This document shows, piece by piece, positions 1 through 14,200 of a stretch of 64,000 nt of DNA; the first letter of the stretch is position 1; each line of letters starts with the position of its first letter. The notes under the pieces are model-generated. The model was not told the DNA's origin. It made no database searches and saw only the letters and a list, made by a program, of their open reading frames with translations. A program made the position numbers and the translations under genes. The DNA comes from Camelus dromedarius (lineage: Eukaryota), in assembly GCF_036321535.1 (NCBI RefSeq), contig NC_087438.1, forward strand, positions 62,001-126,000, given 5' to 3'.

Positions 1-1250
1 CTGACTCTATGTTTAACTTTTTGAGGAAACACCAAACTGTTTTCCACAGAGGCTGAACCACTTCACATTCTCAAGAGCAGTATACAAGGATTCCAATTTC
101 TCCATTTCCTCACCTACATTTACTACCTCTGTAGTCATCCCAGTGGATGTGAAGTGGGGTCTCATCACGGTTTTGATTTACATTTCCCTAGTGATTGGTG
201 ATGCTGAACGTCTTGTCATGTACCTGTTGACTGTCTGTATATTTTCCTTGGGGAAATGTCTAAGTCCTTTGCACATTGTAAATGGGTCATTTGTCCCTGT
301 TGTTTCTAGGAGTTCTTTCTATATTCTGGATGTCAATCCCTTACTGAATATATGATTCACAAATATTTTCTCCCATTCTATGAGTCGTTTTTTCATTTTC
401 TTGACAGTGTCTTTTGAAGCACAAAAGTTCTTAATTTGGATGAAGTCCAGTTTATATATATATTTTTTTTCTTCTGTTGTTTGTGCTTTTGGTATCATAT
501 TTAATAAACCACTACCAAATTCAAGGCTGTTCAGATTTATCTCTGTTTTCTTCTAAGAATTTTGTATCTTTACACTTAGGTTTTAGACCCTTTTTTAATT
601 AATTTTTTGTATATGGTATGAGATAAAGGTCCACCTTTATTCTTTTGCACGTTGATATCCAGTTTCCCCAGTATCAATTGTTGAAAAGACTGTCCTTTCC
701 CCACTAAATAGTCTTGGATCCCTTGTTGAAAATTATTAGACTATATATGTGATGGTTTATTTCTAGGATCTCTATTCTGTTCCATTGGGGTATGTCTGAC
801 CTTATGCCAGTATCATACTGTTTTAATTGCTGTAGCTTTGTAGCAAGTTTCAAATTCAGGTTCTGTGAGTCCTCCAACTTTGTTCTTTTTCAAGATTGTT
901 GTTGCTATCAGTGGCCATTTCCAAGTGGATCTGAGGATCAGCTTTTCAATTTCTGTGAAAAAGGCTGTTGGAATTTTTATAGGCGCTGTCTTGAATCTGT
1001 AGATCATTTTGGGTGGTACTGACATCTTGACAATGTGAAGTCTTCCTATACATAAACACCTGATGTCTTCCCATTTATTCAGGTTATCTTTAACTTCTTT
1101 CAGCAATGCTTTGCAGTTTTCAACATGCAAATCTTTCACCTCCTTGGTTAGATATATTCCTAAGTATTTCATTCTTTTAGATGCTATGTTATACATGGAA
1201 TTACTTTCTTAATTTCTCTTTTGGATTGTTCATTGCTGGTGTATAGAAAC
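1..1250 (-). mobile_element. LINE-1 fragment (3' part of ORF2), degraded
   Basis: Minus-strand translation [14 protein letters not shown]...[25 protein letters not shown] is typical L1 ORF2. Confidence 0.92.
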
Positions 1251-1286
1251 GTGCCCACACTTAGAGGTCATGAGAATAGATGAGCC

Positions 1287-2204
1287 TCCTTCTCAAACTC
1301 TTCCAAAAAATTGAAGAGGAGAGAATACTTCCCTACTCATTCTCTGAGGCCAGCATTACCCTAATATCAAGGCCAGATAAGACATCACAAGAGAAGAAAA
1401 TTATAGACCAAGATCCCTGATGAATAAAGATGCAAAAAATCCTCATCAAAATTTTAGCAAACAGAATCCAATAGCATACTGGAAAGATTATTCACCACGA
1501 ACAGTGAAATTTATCACAGGAATACAAGGGCAGTCCAACATAAGAAAATCAGTTAATGTAGTACATCACATTAACAGAACAAAGGGAAAAAAACATGATC
1601 ATCTCAACTGATACAGAAAACGTATTTTTAAAATTTCAATACCCTTCATGACAAGAGCTCTCAGAAAACTAGGATTAGAGACAAAAATTATTCAACAGGT
1701 TAAAAAATATTTATGGAAAACCCACAGTTAACATCATACACAATGGTAAAAGACTGAAAGCTCTCTCCTTAAGATCAGGGATCAGCCAAGGATGCATTTT
1801 GCTTCTTCTAGTCAACATTGTACTGGAACTTCTAGCCAGAGCCATTACAGACACAAAAAGAAATAAAAGACATTCAAATTGGAAAGTAAGACGTAAAACT
1901 ATCTCTATTCACAGTGACATGATCCTATATACAGAAAATGCCAAAGAATCCACACACACACACACACACACACAAAAGGTTACTAGAGCTAATAGATAAT
2001 TGAGCAAAGTTGCAGGATACAAAGCTAACACACACAAATCAGCTGTGTTTCTATATACCAGCAATGAACAATCCAAAAAAGAAATTAAGTAATTCCGTGT
2101 ATAACATAGCATCTAAAATAATGCAATACTTAGGGATATATCTGATCAAGGAGGTGAAAGACTTGTATGCTGAAAACTGCAAAACATTTGCTGAAAGAAA
2201 TTAA
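1287..2204 (+). mobile_element. LINE-1 ORF2 reverse-transcriptase fragment, inverted relative to 1-1250
   Basis: Remnants such as NIRKSVNVVHHINRTK, NIVLELLARAI, YLGIYLIKEVKDL; contains (CA)12 at 1951-1974. Confidence 0.92.
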
Positions 2205-2207
2205 TTT

Positions 2208-2225
2208 CTAACCCTAACCCTAACC
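2208..2225 (+). repeat. Short interstitial telomeric repeat, about 3 x CCCTAA
   Basis: ctaaccctaaccctaacc directly at the end of the L1 fragment. Confidence 0.7.
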
Positions 2226-2289
2226 GTGGTGCCTCTTCCCTTCTGTCTGCACATTCAGTTCCCTCATCCCTAGACACACCTACGTGTGG

Positions 2290-3600
2290 ATGCTTCCAGG
2301 CCGATATTTCCTGACTTCCTCTCGGTGCCAAGCTCTCACAGCAATCCAACCACTCAACATGTCTAACAGCATCTCAGCACTAATGTGTCTTCTCCCAAAT
2401 CTGCTTCTCCCATCTCAGTAAATGATACCAACTTCCACCTGCTCACCAGGCCTCAAATCCCTGAATCGCTGTCTTAGTGCTGATTCCTAACTGCAGAGAG
2501 CAGAATCCACTGCAGCTAATTTAAGCAGTATGGGAAGCTATCAGGTGAGGTATGCCATCTGTGACAGGGTGGGTAACCAGGAACAGCCAGTAACATCAGC
2601 AACCTGGAAAAACTCCTGACAAGTCTATAGCATCCTTTTAGGAAAACCCCACGGCCCTGTTCCCTCCTACTCAGCGCTAGCGCTGCTAAGGACAGGCCTT
2701 AACTGCCCAGATGAACCAAACACTTCAACCGCCAATTTGCTGAGACAGCCACCACTCCCGTGGTTCCTCCCACACCTTCGGTGGTGCATGTACGAGCACA
2801 AGCAGGCACATCTGCACCTCAGATGCAAAGGACCTGGGGCAAGTGGCTTTGCAGTTGCCAGCGTCTGCACGCAGGGAGCATGCACGGTGGCTGACAGGGG
2901 CCGAGATCAGCTAGTTCACTGCCTGCCACCTACCTCCTTGGCTTCTTTGTCCCTCACTCTCCAGACAGCTATCAGCCAGTCCTCTCAGCTCTACCTTTAA
3001 ATGGATCCTGCTTCAATCATTTTTCACACCCTCTGTCATTCCCACCCTAACCAGCCCCCATCGCTCACTCGCCCCAGGATCACGGCAGTCACTTCCTGAC
3101 TCACCCTGCCTCAACCAGCTGTGGTCTCCACCCTGAGCCAGGGTGAAAGGTTTGGAACATAAATCAGATAACATCACTTCCTGCCCAAAGTCTCTGCACA
3201 GTGGTTCCCCATGACACTCAAAATAAAACAAAACTCACCTCTATCACTACATATCCCTGCAGACTTTCCCATCTGGTCTCTTTCACCTGTGCCCTTGTTC
3301 ACGGTGTCTTAGGTACAATGGTCTTCCCGTTGTTCCTCAAGCACACAGTTCTGTTCCTGCCCACCTCAGGGCCTCTGCACAGGTGGCTCCGTCTGCCTGG
3401 AAATCAGCTCCCTCCCAGGTCCCTGCACAGTCTTCCCTGGCTCAGCCATCTGCCTTATTCAGATGCGATTCTCTGTTCTTTGGTTTACTGTTTTGTCTCC
3501 CTCCATTGGAATGTCACACCCCCCAGGAACCTGACAGGTGTCATACAGTGGCTGGCAGAAAGGAGGTGGTAAGTACCTTCTGAGTAAATCAACCCATTTC
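2290..3600 (+). mobile_element. Degraded L2 fragments, probably interrupted by a MaLR-type LTR (~2470-2900)
   Basis: L2-like phrases (catctcagtaaatg, aaatcagataacatcacttcctgc, ctcagggcctctgcacaggtggctccgtctgcctggaa); boundaries approximate. Confidence 0.55.
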
Positions 3601-4199
3601 AACAGTCCAAGTTTGGGGGGAAATTTCTTAGGAAACATCCCTGTTTCTATGCATACACAGCAAAGGACTCAGATCCCAGGACACTGCAGCTGGAGAGCAC
3701 ATGCGGACTCCCCTGTGCAGGCCCGGCTTTCCTTCTGCACAGCAGAGGTACAGCATCGGTGTGCCCCAGATCTCTAGTAAGAGCTGCACCCTGACCAGGC
3801 GTCCAGGTCACTGGTGACCTCCCCTGCTGCCAGCCCCTGGATCCTGGACGACAAAGCCCCCGTTCTGGAGGCATGCCAACAGTCCCGAGTTGTGTCCTGG
3901 CAGGACGGCAGAGGTTCACGCAGCGCAGCATGGCTCCTGTTCCTAGAGCGTCAGGCAGGTGAGCAGGTGAGAAGGTGGGGGAGGGGCTGAGGGAGGGGCA
4001 CCCAGGTACCCAGCACCGAGAGGAATCCGGGAATCCTAGCAGAGGAGCCAGGCAGAGAGCCAGCAGAGGAATTCAAAACCCAGTACTGGGCGAGGGAGCC
4101 GAACTCAGGCCGCCACCTCAGCTTCCTTCACCCTATACCTGCCGCCCTTCGGCTCCAACACGACTGAACTTCATCGCTAAGTGACTGGCCTGTCCCGCA

Positions 4200-5250
4200 G
4201 TGGGCGGGCTGAGTCAGTGCCCCTGCTTCTAGTCCGGACGGCGTGCTGGATGAGACACCGGACGACGGGCGGGTGGCTCTGAGACCCCTGCGTTCCCCGC
4301 ACACAGCGGGTGCTCCACGAGCCGGAGCCCCCGGCTCGGAGCTACAGGGAAGGAGCTGGCTTCCCGGGGTCGGGGAATACTTCGTTTTCGGAGGTTCTCC
4401 GCAAACCTAGGCGTTAGCGTCGCAAACCCAGAGAGAGCGCGTTCAACTCTGGCGCCCGACTCGCGAAGGAGGGGAACGTGGCCGCTCGCTCGAGGCCCAG
4501 AAGCGCCCAAGCTCTGTTTACCCCGCAGAGAGCGTCCCGTCCGGCAGGAAGAGAGGCCAGCCCATCCACACCGGCAGAAAGCGGTCCGCTCCATCTACCC
4601 CAGGGGGAATCGCGTGCTGTTGTCTTCACTAGTCTGTCTACACCGGCGCACGTCAGGTATGAGTCTGCCTACACTGGGGAAAATCACGGTGCGATAGTCT
4701 TCACCAGCACAAGTCAGGGTCCGGTCCACCCCCGCGGAAATTAGGTGCAATAATACAGACACTGGTCCGAGAACAAAATGGCAGGTCTCCAGCCCCGTGA
4801 GAACAAGAGTAACTGGGAACGCCGCCCCTGTCCGGCCCCCGCCCGGCGCTGGGTGGGGGACGGAGCTCGCCCCCACCCCGCCAGGTGAGGGCGCGGCCCC
4901 GGCACCCGCCAGGCCGCGGCCCCGCGAGCCTCCTCTCCCCCAACCCGGCCGCAGCCCCGGCCGCGCCCCGGCTCCTCCTCGGGGCGGGGAGAGGGCGCGG
5001 CCCGGGAGGGTCCGCCCCGAGCCCGGCGGGCGGGCGGCCTCGCGGCTCTGTCCTCCCCGCGGCCGGGACAAAGGCGGCGCCACCATGGCTCTCCGCGCGG
5101 TGCTCGGCCGAGGCTACCGGGGCTCTGGCGCCCAGGTAGGGACCCCGGGGACGCGGGAGGGTCCCGGGGCCGCGGCGGCTGGAGCGGGAGGGCGCTTGCG
5201 CTGTCGGTCACTTAAACGAAGGTGTAGCAAACTTTTCGCTTAACCTCATG
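4200..5250. promoter_or_regulatory. CpG island / promoter of PLEKHG4B
   Basis: Very dense CpG and GC with multiple GC boxes (ccccgccc, gggcggg) and G-runs; contains the first coding exon. AP-1 site TGAGTCA at 4210-4216. Confidence 0.88.
5085..5135 (+). CDS. PLEKHG4B: Coding exon 1 ([17 protein letters not shown])
   Basis: Perfect Kozak GCCACCATGG in the CpG island; donor CAG|GTAGGG; phase 0 matches exon 2. Confidence 0.8.
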
Positions 5251-8200
5251 AATATTTATGAGAGAAATACGCTTGTCAAGACAGATTTGCATTGCTGGAG
5301 TTTGAAAGGGGTGCAGGGGGAGGGGCTGTAGGACAAAAAGAGGCCTGTGAAATTGTCGCCGACAAGGAGAATGTTGCTAAGTTGTTCATTACCTCAAAAC
5401 TGGTAGGGCAAACCGATGAACTTTGTGCACGAAGACAACGAATTTTACTTAAAAAATACCAGGGTAGGCTTTTATACTGGAACAGCCGCTGATTTAGACA
5501 ACCGGCCCTGCCTGGTAAACAAGGCCCTCCGTACAGGTTCGGCAGAGTGTGGCGGGAGCGGTTTCCTACTTCACCTGATCTGCAAAAAGCGTGTTGGGCG
5601 CGTCTTTCCCTTTTTCCTGTGAAACGGGATCACAGAACAGTTTGGTACAGTAATTACACTCTCTTCTGTTACCCAACAGCACTTTCACTTAAGAAGTTTA
5701 GCTGGTACTTTCGGGTGTCTAATTAAGACTTAAAACATATAATTAAAAAATTAAGTTAAACATAACTGAAACTGCATAATTTACAGTGAGTGTCAAGTGA
5801 GCCTTGCTGCATCCTGAAGAGAGATTTCAGAGTGGGCAGAGGGGAAGTGAGGGTGGGCTTCCCCTTCTTGACCCTCCCTCGGATTCCCAGGTTCTCTGGG
5901 CCAGGAGGAACTTTAGAGACCACTATTTGCTCTCAGTGGACACGTTCAGACTTGGAGACGCTCCTGTTCACGATAGAGCCACATCCCTGTCCTGGAGGGC
6001 TGGGTTTCCCCCGCAGAGACCATGCACCCTCTTCTGAGGAGACACCCGGCTTTGATCTCACTGTTTGGTGTCCAGTCTGCAAATAGAAGGGAGGCCTGGG
6101 TTGGGTGCACAAGTGGACTGTCCAGGTGGGCCACAGAGGGCAGAGCACTGACCTTCCCAGAGGGCTGGGTACCCAGGTGCAGGTGACCTGTGGTTTCATC
6201 CTGTTAGAAGGGCCCTATGTGGGTCTAGTCTGAAATCACCTTTGTGAAAGGTAGGCCTTTATGTCTGTGGTATCTGTTAGTTCACGAGCCTGCTAGTGGT
6301 CTCACATGAATACTTTATTACTTGTAAACCATCCCAAATGCTGTGCTAATGAAATAAAGTTGGCCCTGAATTTGCCCTGAGGCTCTCTGAGATATGTGTT
6401 CACTGCTTGTATCATCCAAGTAAATACAGAAGACCCCAGATTCCCAGATCTCAGCATTTTTTATGAGAATCGTTCAAGCACAGCTCACATGCCTCCCTCC
6501 TCACAAACAGATAATGTGCCCTCTATTTGTGCTTAAACAAAAATCAAGTCACTCAGAGCCTGCTAGCCCTAACAGGAGTCTGCCACGGCAGGCTACCCAT
6601 TCTGCAGATGGAGGGAGCCAGGCTTCTGCACTTGTCCTGTGGCTCCCAGCCGACAAGCAGCCTGGAAGCGGTGGCTTTCCTCTCCACACTCTGTGTCCTG
6701 AAGCAGTGGTGCCTCTGCCCAGTACTTACCCTCCTGCCCTGTAAGAATAGAGCTTCTGTGCCCTGCTCTCCGTGGGAGGGTCACTGGGGATTGCAGACTC
6801 CTTATCTGTGTCCCTCTGCCCCTGGCGGGGCCTGGCACTCAGTACACGTGCACAGGCCAGTGCTCACTGGTCCGGACAGAAGAATGAGCCCAGAGAGATG
6901 ACTGGTCTGACCTTAGAGTCCAACACACTCCTGAGGGGGGAGTGAGGTGGGGGATGGAGGGGTGGGCTGTGAGGTGGTATGTCCTGTCCTCCACCTGTTG
7001 ATCCTAAGAGGTGCTGGGAATCTGGGGTCCTGTGAGCAGAAGGTGTCCCTCAGTGGCCATTTACCCTACAAGAGGTCCAAGAAGACAGGTGCCCGTGGAG
7101 TGGGGAAGAGGCTCCCACCCTGACCCAGATTAGAGGTGCACCCACATTCACCCTCTGTTAGCTGTCGGCCCTGGGCAGGGAGTTCAGCCTCTTGGAGGTT
7201 GTCTGTTTACAGGAAGAACCTGTGCCCCACCCACCTCTTGGAGCTACATAGGCTCTAATTTTAAAATGGATGTGTAGGTGCTTCTTGAAAGGAAACCTAG
7301 GTCGTCACTTACCTGAACATTCCTGAGTTGAGGGCTGCCTCTGTGCTGATGTCTGGGACAACTTTCCAGGTGTCTCAGTTCACACCTGGGCCCAAGCTCT
7401 CAAAGACAGAGCTTTCAGATACTTCTAGACATCGTATAACCTTACAGAATTTTCCCCCAAAGTGAGATAATCAGGTTGTGCAAAAGATACTTTGTGGTGA
7501 ATTTCTTCTATATGACATTAAAACTACGTCTGTTTCTGAGACCTGGGACAGGGATTAAATCTAATGCCAACAATGGTTTGGGACAGGAATTAATTCGAAG
7601 TTCTGCACTAGAATTGTTCAAGTCTGCCAGGTAATGAGTATGTGCACCCCCAGGAGGTGAATTCTCTTGGAGAAGTCTCACCTGCCTGCAGCTGCACAAC
7701 CTGGGACCCCCAACCCTGGTAGGCTTCAGCCTCAGAAAGCCCCCTCTGCAGCATCCCCCCCCACCCCAGGCCCTTCCCTGCCTGGTTTCTCCAGACAGGA
7801 TTTGAACCCACATCACCTTGTGCCTGACTCCTCAGTTGCCTGTCTCCCCAGGCGGCACTGGCTTTATTTCATTCCCCTGTTTCTCTGGTGCCTAGAATAG
7901 TGCACGGCACACAGTAGGTGCTCAACATGGTGACGACCCTGAAGCTCACTCTCACTCCCCCGCCCAGTGCTGGCCTCTGGGGTGGCACTGATGCACAGCT
8001 TGCCCTGTGGCCTGAGCTAGCATGATTCCTGAGACTTTTAAGAATAAAGTAGCAGCTTCAGAGGGAGTGCCAGGTTACAGCTGATTCTGGGAAACAACTT
8101 GTCCAAGTGTGATATGGAAAATAAGGCCCAGGACGCTTGCAGCAAATGGCTTGGCAAGACCTGGTGTGACATAATGCATGTGCTTTGTGTGTGGTTTTTG

Positions 8201-11200
8201 AGGTGGGGATGACGATGCCACAGAGCAGAGGAGAAGAAATGCCTGCATTAATTTTCTGGGACTTTATTGCCAAGTGGTTTGATAGAAATGCTCTGACCTG
8301 GAATTAGCTGCGGGCCATCAGGTGACCTTGCCCGGAGAGTGAGGAGGTTGGAATGAGTTTCTGAGAGCTCTTGGGCTCTGTCCCTGGCTAGACTGAGACA
8401 TCAAGCAGTGTGGACGGAGGCAGAGGGCTCGGTGGTTGGGGATGCAGGCTATGTGGCCAGTGTGGCCTGGGATCAGTCCTGGCTCCCACACTGGGTGGGT
8501 GGGCAAGGAAGCCCCTCAACCTCACCATCCTTAGAATGGGGAAGACAATCACATTACAATGTGCTTAGGATAGTGTCTATTATTCTGTGATTCTGTGAGT
8601 CTGTGATAGAGAGGAAGAGTTTCATACAAATGGGAGATAAAAAGATTGAGTTACCATTTTTCTGTCAAATCATTTAAGGAAAGATATTTGTGAAGCTGTC
8701 TTCAAGATATGCTGATACACAAAGATATCCCCAAGGGAGAGGAATTGCAACTACGATTATGTGCTATTTTAACAATGTATTCGGGTAGTTTTTTAAAGAA
8801 ATGCTTTGCACAAGTGCCAAAATCAGTATGTCATGAACTCCACTTGAGTTCAAGGGTCCCAGAACTCTCTCTATGGCTTAATCAGAAGGATGAAAGAAGA
8901 CTTCATTGGAGCAAGCATTTAGCTAGCCCAGAGTACCAGGCCTGGTAACGGAGAGTGTTTAGTTCTCGGACTGATTCTTGCCTGTCCAGAGACACCAACA
9001 GTCTGTGACGGCAGCCCAGAGAGTCACGGTGACGTTGGCCTGAGCAGCCCAGCCTTGGAGACCAGTGTGACCTCTCCCAGAGCGCATGTTCAAACAGGAA
9101 AAGCATGTGGAAGGCTGCTGGGGACAGCGAGCAACAACAGCAACGAATGAGGAGAGAAGTGTCATCCCGATTTCTGGAAGGGGCTGGAACTAATTTTCAT
9201 TTTAATTTTAATAGGGTTAAATTCACACAACACAAATTTAGCCATTTAAAGCAAACAATTCAGTGGCATTTAATCCATTCACAATATTGTACAGCCACCA
9301 CGCCTGTCTAGTTCCAGGATTCCAACACCCGAAAGCAAAACCCCACAGCCATGAAGCAGTTTCTTTCATTCCACTCTCTCCCCAGCCCCTGGAAGCACTA
9401 CTGTGCTCTCTGTCTCTATGGATTTTTCTACTCTGAATATTCCATATAAATGGAATCATAAAATATGGGACCTTTTGTTGTGTTAAAATACGTGTAACAT
9501 GAAATTTGCCACCTAAGCCATTTTAAGGGTACAGTTCAGTGATGTTAGATACATTCACATTGTTTTGCTACCATCACCACCATCTGTCTCCATGGCTTCT
9601 CCAAGTTGTAAATCTGAAACTCTACACCTGCTGAACAACAGCTCCTCACGCTGCCCTGCCCCCAGACCCTGGCAACCACCATTCTGCTTTCTGTCTTTAT
9701 GACTGTGCTACACTAAGTGCCTCTGTGAATGGGCTCACACAGTATCTGTCGTTTTGCAACTGGGTTACTTCACTGAGCACAAGTCCTCAAGGTTCATCCA
9801 CATTGCAGCATTATCAGAACTTCATTCCTTTTTGTGGCTGAATAATATTCTGTTGTACGGATGGACCACATTTGGTTTTTTCATTTATCTGTTGATGGAC
9901 ATTTGGACTGTTTCCATCTTTTAGGTTTTGTGAATGGTGCTGCTATGATCATGCGTTTAAAAGTTTTTGACTCTAACTTCTCCCAGCAATGTTTTGTAGG
10001 TTTCAGTGTACAAATCATTTATCTCTTTGGTTAAATGTATTTCTTGATATTTATTCTTTTTAGATGCCATTATATAATGGAAACTATTTTCTTAATTTCA
10101 TTGCTGGGGTAGAGAAACATAAGTGATTTTTGCATGTTGATCTTGTACCCTGCAACTTTGCTGAATCTACTTATTAGCTCTAGTAGCTTTCTTGTGGATT
10201 TTTCTTTGGGATTTTCTATATGTAAGATCATGTCATCTGCAAGTAGAGATAGTTTTACTTCTTCATTTCTAAATTGGGTGCCTTCAATTTTTTTTCCTTG
10301 CCTAATTACTCTGGCTAGAACTTTAAGGGCAGTGTTGCATAGCAGTGGAGAAAGTTAGCATCCTTGACTGGTTTCTAATGTTAGAGGAAAACCTTTCAGT
10401 CTTTAACCACTGAGTGTGAAGTTAGCTGTGAAGTGCCTTTTTATCATGTTGAGGAAGGTACTTTCTATTCCTAGTTTTCTGAGAGTTTTTTTTTTTATCA
10501 TGAATGAGTGTTGGAGTTTGTCAAATGCTTTTTCTGCATTATTTGAGATGATTATAGGATTTTTTCTCTACGTTCTATTAACATAGAATATTATTTTGAT
10601 TGGTTGTTGAACTACCCTTGCATTCCTGGGATAAATCCCACTTGGTCATGGTGAATAATCCTTGTAATATGCTGTTAGATTTGGTTTCTTAGTATTTTGT
10701 TGAGGATTTGGAACAAATGTTATAACTCTGCTTTTAAATTTCATTATATTATGCAAGAATACTTTTTTCAAGTATATATATATAATTTTAATTGGAGTAT
10801 AGTTAGTTTACAATGTTGTGTCAATTTCTGGTGTACAGCATAATGCTTCAGTCATACATGAACATGTATTTATTTTCATACTCTTTTTAACCATAAGTTA
10901 CCACAAGATATTGAATATAGTTCCCTGTGCTATACTGTATAAACTTGTTGTTTATCTATTTTATATATATTTGTTAGTATCTGTAAATCTCAAACTCCCA
11001 ATTTATCCCTTCCCACCACCTTCCACCTGGTAACCATGTTAGTTTTCTACCTCTCTGAGTCTGTTTCTGTTTTGTAAATAAGCTCGTTTGTCATTTGTTT
11101 TTTCAGATTCCACATATAAGTGATATCTTATGGTATTTTTCTTTCTCTTTCTGGCTTCCTTCACTTAGAATGACAATCTCCAGGTCCATCCATGTTGCTG

Positions 11201-14200
11201 CAAATGGCATTATTTTATCATTTTTCATGGCTGAGTAGTATTCCATTGTATAAATATACCACAACTTCTTTATCTAGTCATCGGTCAATGGACATTTGGG
11301 TTATTTCCATGCCTTGGCTATTGTAAATAGTTCTGCTATGAACAATGGGGTGCATGTATCTTTTTGAATTAAGGTTCCCTCTGGATATATGCCCAGAAAT
11401 GGGATTGCTGGATCATATGGTAAGTCTATTTTTAGTCTTTTGAGGAATCTCCATACTGTTTTCCATAATGGCTGCACCAAACTACATTCCCTCCAGCAGT
11501 GTAGGAGGGTTCCCTTTTCTCCACACCCTCTCCAGCATTTATTGTTTGTAGACTTTTGAATGATGGCCATTCTGACAGGTGTGAGGTGATACCTCATTGT
11601 AGTTTTGATTTGCATTTCTCTGATAATTAGTGATACTGAGCATTTTTTCATGTGCCTATTGGCCATTTGTATGTCTTCATTGGAGAATTGCTTGTTTAGG
11701 TCTTCTGTCCATTTTTGGATGGAGTTGTTTGTTTTTTTCTTATTAAGTTGTATGAGTTGTTTATATATTCTGGAAATTAAGCCCTTGTCAGTCTTGCAGA
11801 TATTTTCTCCTGTCCCATAAGTTGTCTTTTTGTTTTGCTTATGGTTCCCTTTGCTGTGCAAGTAAAAATACATTTTAAGAATGTAAGTTTTGAAATAAGA
11901 AGTGACCTCTTTAAAAACAAATTGTTTCAAGGCTGAAACATAAAATTACTAGGAAATCTGCAGAAGTTTAAGACCAATTTTTAAGACTTCAAAATGTAGC
12001 AACTGGGAAAAAAGCCACTGGGGAAGGAGTGTTGTGAGGTGAATCCCTGTAAAATGCTTAAGCAGTGTCTAACAGGTACCAGTGCCTGTGGATCCTTGTG
12101 AGGATTCAGCAGCCTGGGTCAGGCCTTCTGCACTTGAAACACTGTCATCTGAAGGCACAGATGTCAAATGTTTACCACGGTCTAATTAACCTCCTGAGCC
12201 ATTGAACGGACATGCAGACCCAGCAGTGACAGCGCTTCAAGTAGAGTCTTGATTAAGTGGGTGTTCAAAATATCCTGAATTGGTTTTAAACAGAATTATA
12301 ACTGGAAACTACACAAAAAAACCACTCCTCACTCCCCTCCACCCTCGCTCACTTCCCTCCACCCCAACCTCCACCCCACCTCAACCCTCACCCACCCCAA
12401 CCTTTTGTTCGATGGTGTACTCATTAGTGGCACCAATCAAAATGAAGATTCAGGATTAAACTTTGGTTACTTGAGCTGAGAGCTGTCACTTTATGGGCTC
12501 AAGGAAACCTATGTTACAAGCAGAGTGGGTCTATCACTTGTTGTCCAAGTTGAAACATTTTGAGGTGAAAAGAGAGCTATTGCCTTAATCACAAGTGAAA
12601 ACCTGAACTATGTGGGAAGCCCTGGACAGGACTCCGGCCTATGACTTGGGGTATCACTACCTCCTGGAGATGGCTTTCTGAACAATGAGGGTCGCTCTCC
12701 ACCGTGGATGGGGGACACTTATGGACAGGTGTCTGCCAACTTCCCCCCTGGACCAAGTGTGTGACTCCCAGTGTGAGCACCTCAGCTGGACGGTGTAGAC
12801 CTGCTGCCTACATGGCCCCCCGTCAGTCCCCAGGGAGCCCCCACGTGGAGCCAGCTGGACCATCAGCAAGCGGGTCTGCACCCTGTCCTCACGAGCCAGC
12901 ACCCGGCAGCTCTGCCTGGTCAGCTGCCCACACTCTGAGCCTGGCAGCCACTGGTGCTTCTCATTTGCACCGACACTGCTCTCTCCTGTGTTCACCCCTA
13001 GGGCTCTCCTCTGTGGACTCCAGGAGTCGTAAGCACCTGCCAGGCCGTTCTGAGTGTGGTTTGGGGCTCCAGGCTCAGCCTCATCACCAGACTCAAGATC
13101 CCACCAGTGTCATGTGGCATGTCTTTCTCTGTCCCTCTCTCAGGCCCCCACGTTGGAAACCCACCACCCACTCACATTGCAGCAGCCACACTCACCCACC
13201 TGCCTGTGCCTGGGACCTTGTGCTTTGTGGTCACTTTCTTGGGGCTGGGGAGGCAAAAAGCACTACTGAACACTCCAAGTACACTCATCACAGATTTCTC
13301 CTTAAACTGTCTGCTTTGCTGTTCTTATCATGCATAAAGGTATTTTGGAGGGGTGGGGGTGCTAATTTTGCTTAACTGTGCCGCCGCTTCCCTCTGCCTT
13401 CCTGCATCCCAGTGTCACCTCATGAGCTATCCCTGTAGAGCTTTCCCTGCCAGAACTTCTGCAAACTTAGTGCCTCCACTCCACCTTCTTTCTGAAAACC
13501 AAAGGTGCTTCAGCCCAGGCCCAGCACAGATTCCCGACAACCTCAGCCCAGGGTCAGCAGTCAACATATGTCCCACCAAAGCTGAAGATTAAGTCTAAAT
13601 CACGAGGTCCTTTAGGAAAGCATGGAATCAGGGGTAATTTAAAAGCATATCTGTGGTTTTCCAGTAACACCAGAAATTGTGGGCTTCGTACCTTAATGGT
13701 TAATATCAAATTAGGACCTGGAATCAGCCGCCTTCAAGGCACTGTCAGGCAGAGGAGCACTGCCAGGCTGAGAAGCACTTTCCTGGGACTCCTGCACTCC
13801 CGTTTGAAGAGCCCACATCAGACTGACCCCGACTTTGCTCACAGCTGTGTCGGGGGTCCCCACTCAGGATGGTTTGGAAAGATGTTAGTTAACACTTAAA
13901 ACTAGTAGTGCAAACATAAACTGTCACACTCCCACTTAAACTTTGTATCTGATGCTCTTGTCTGTGTAGGAATGTAATCTGAAAGTGTAAAAAAAACCAA
14001 AAACACAAACTTGTAATTGGTGATTTAGGTGAAGTCTGCTGTCATATCTACAGTTTAGAGAAATTAGTTCCAATCGTCCGTCAAGAGTGTCACTTGGAAT
14101 TAGCTGTTTCTCCGTGGGAAACATGTGAACGGTGTGGGGAGGCCAGGTGTGCTGGCTGAAGCCAGGATACCAGGCAGACACCGGCCAAGCGGCTGGGCTC

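Noticed and set aside
4595..5243. Overlapping long ORFs on both strands in the CpG island
   Set aside because: Stop-poor GC-rich sequence; only 5085-5135 has Kozak and donor support.
11301..11930. 209-aa minus-strand ORF (also 813-1196 and 31169-31471)
   Set aside because: Fragments of LINE-1 ORF2 in truncated elements, not host genes.
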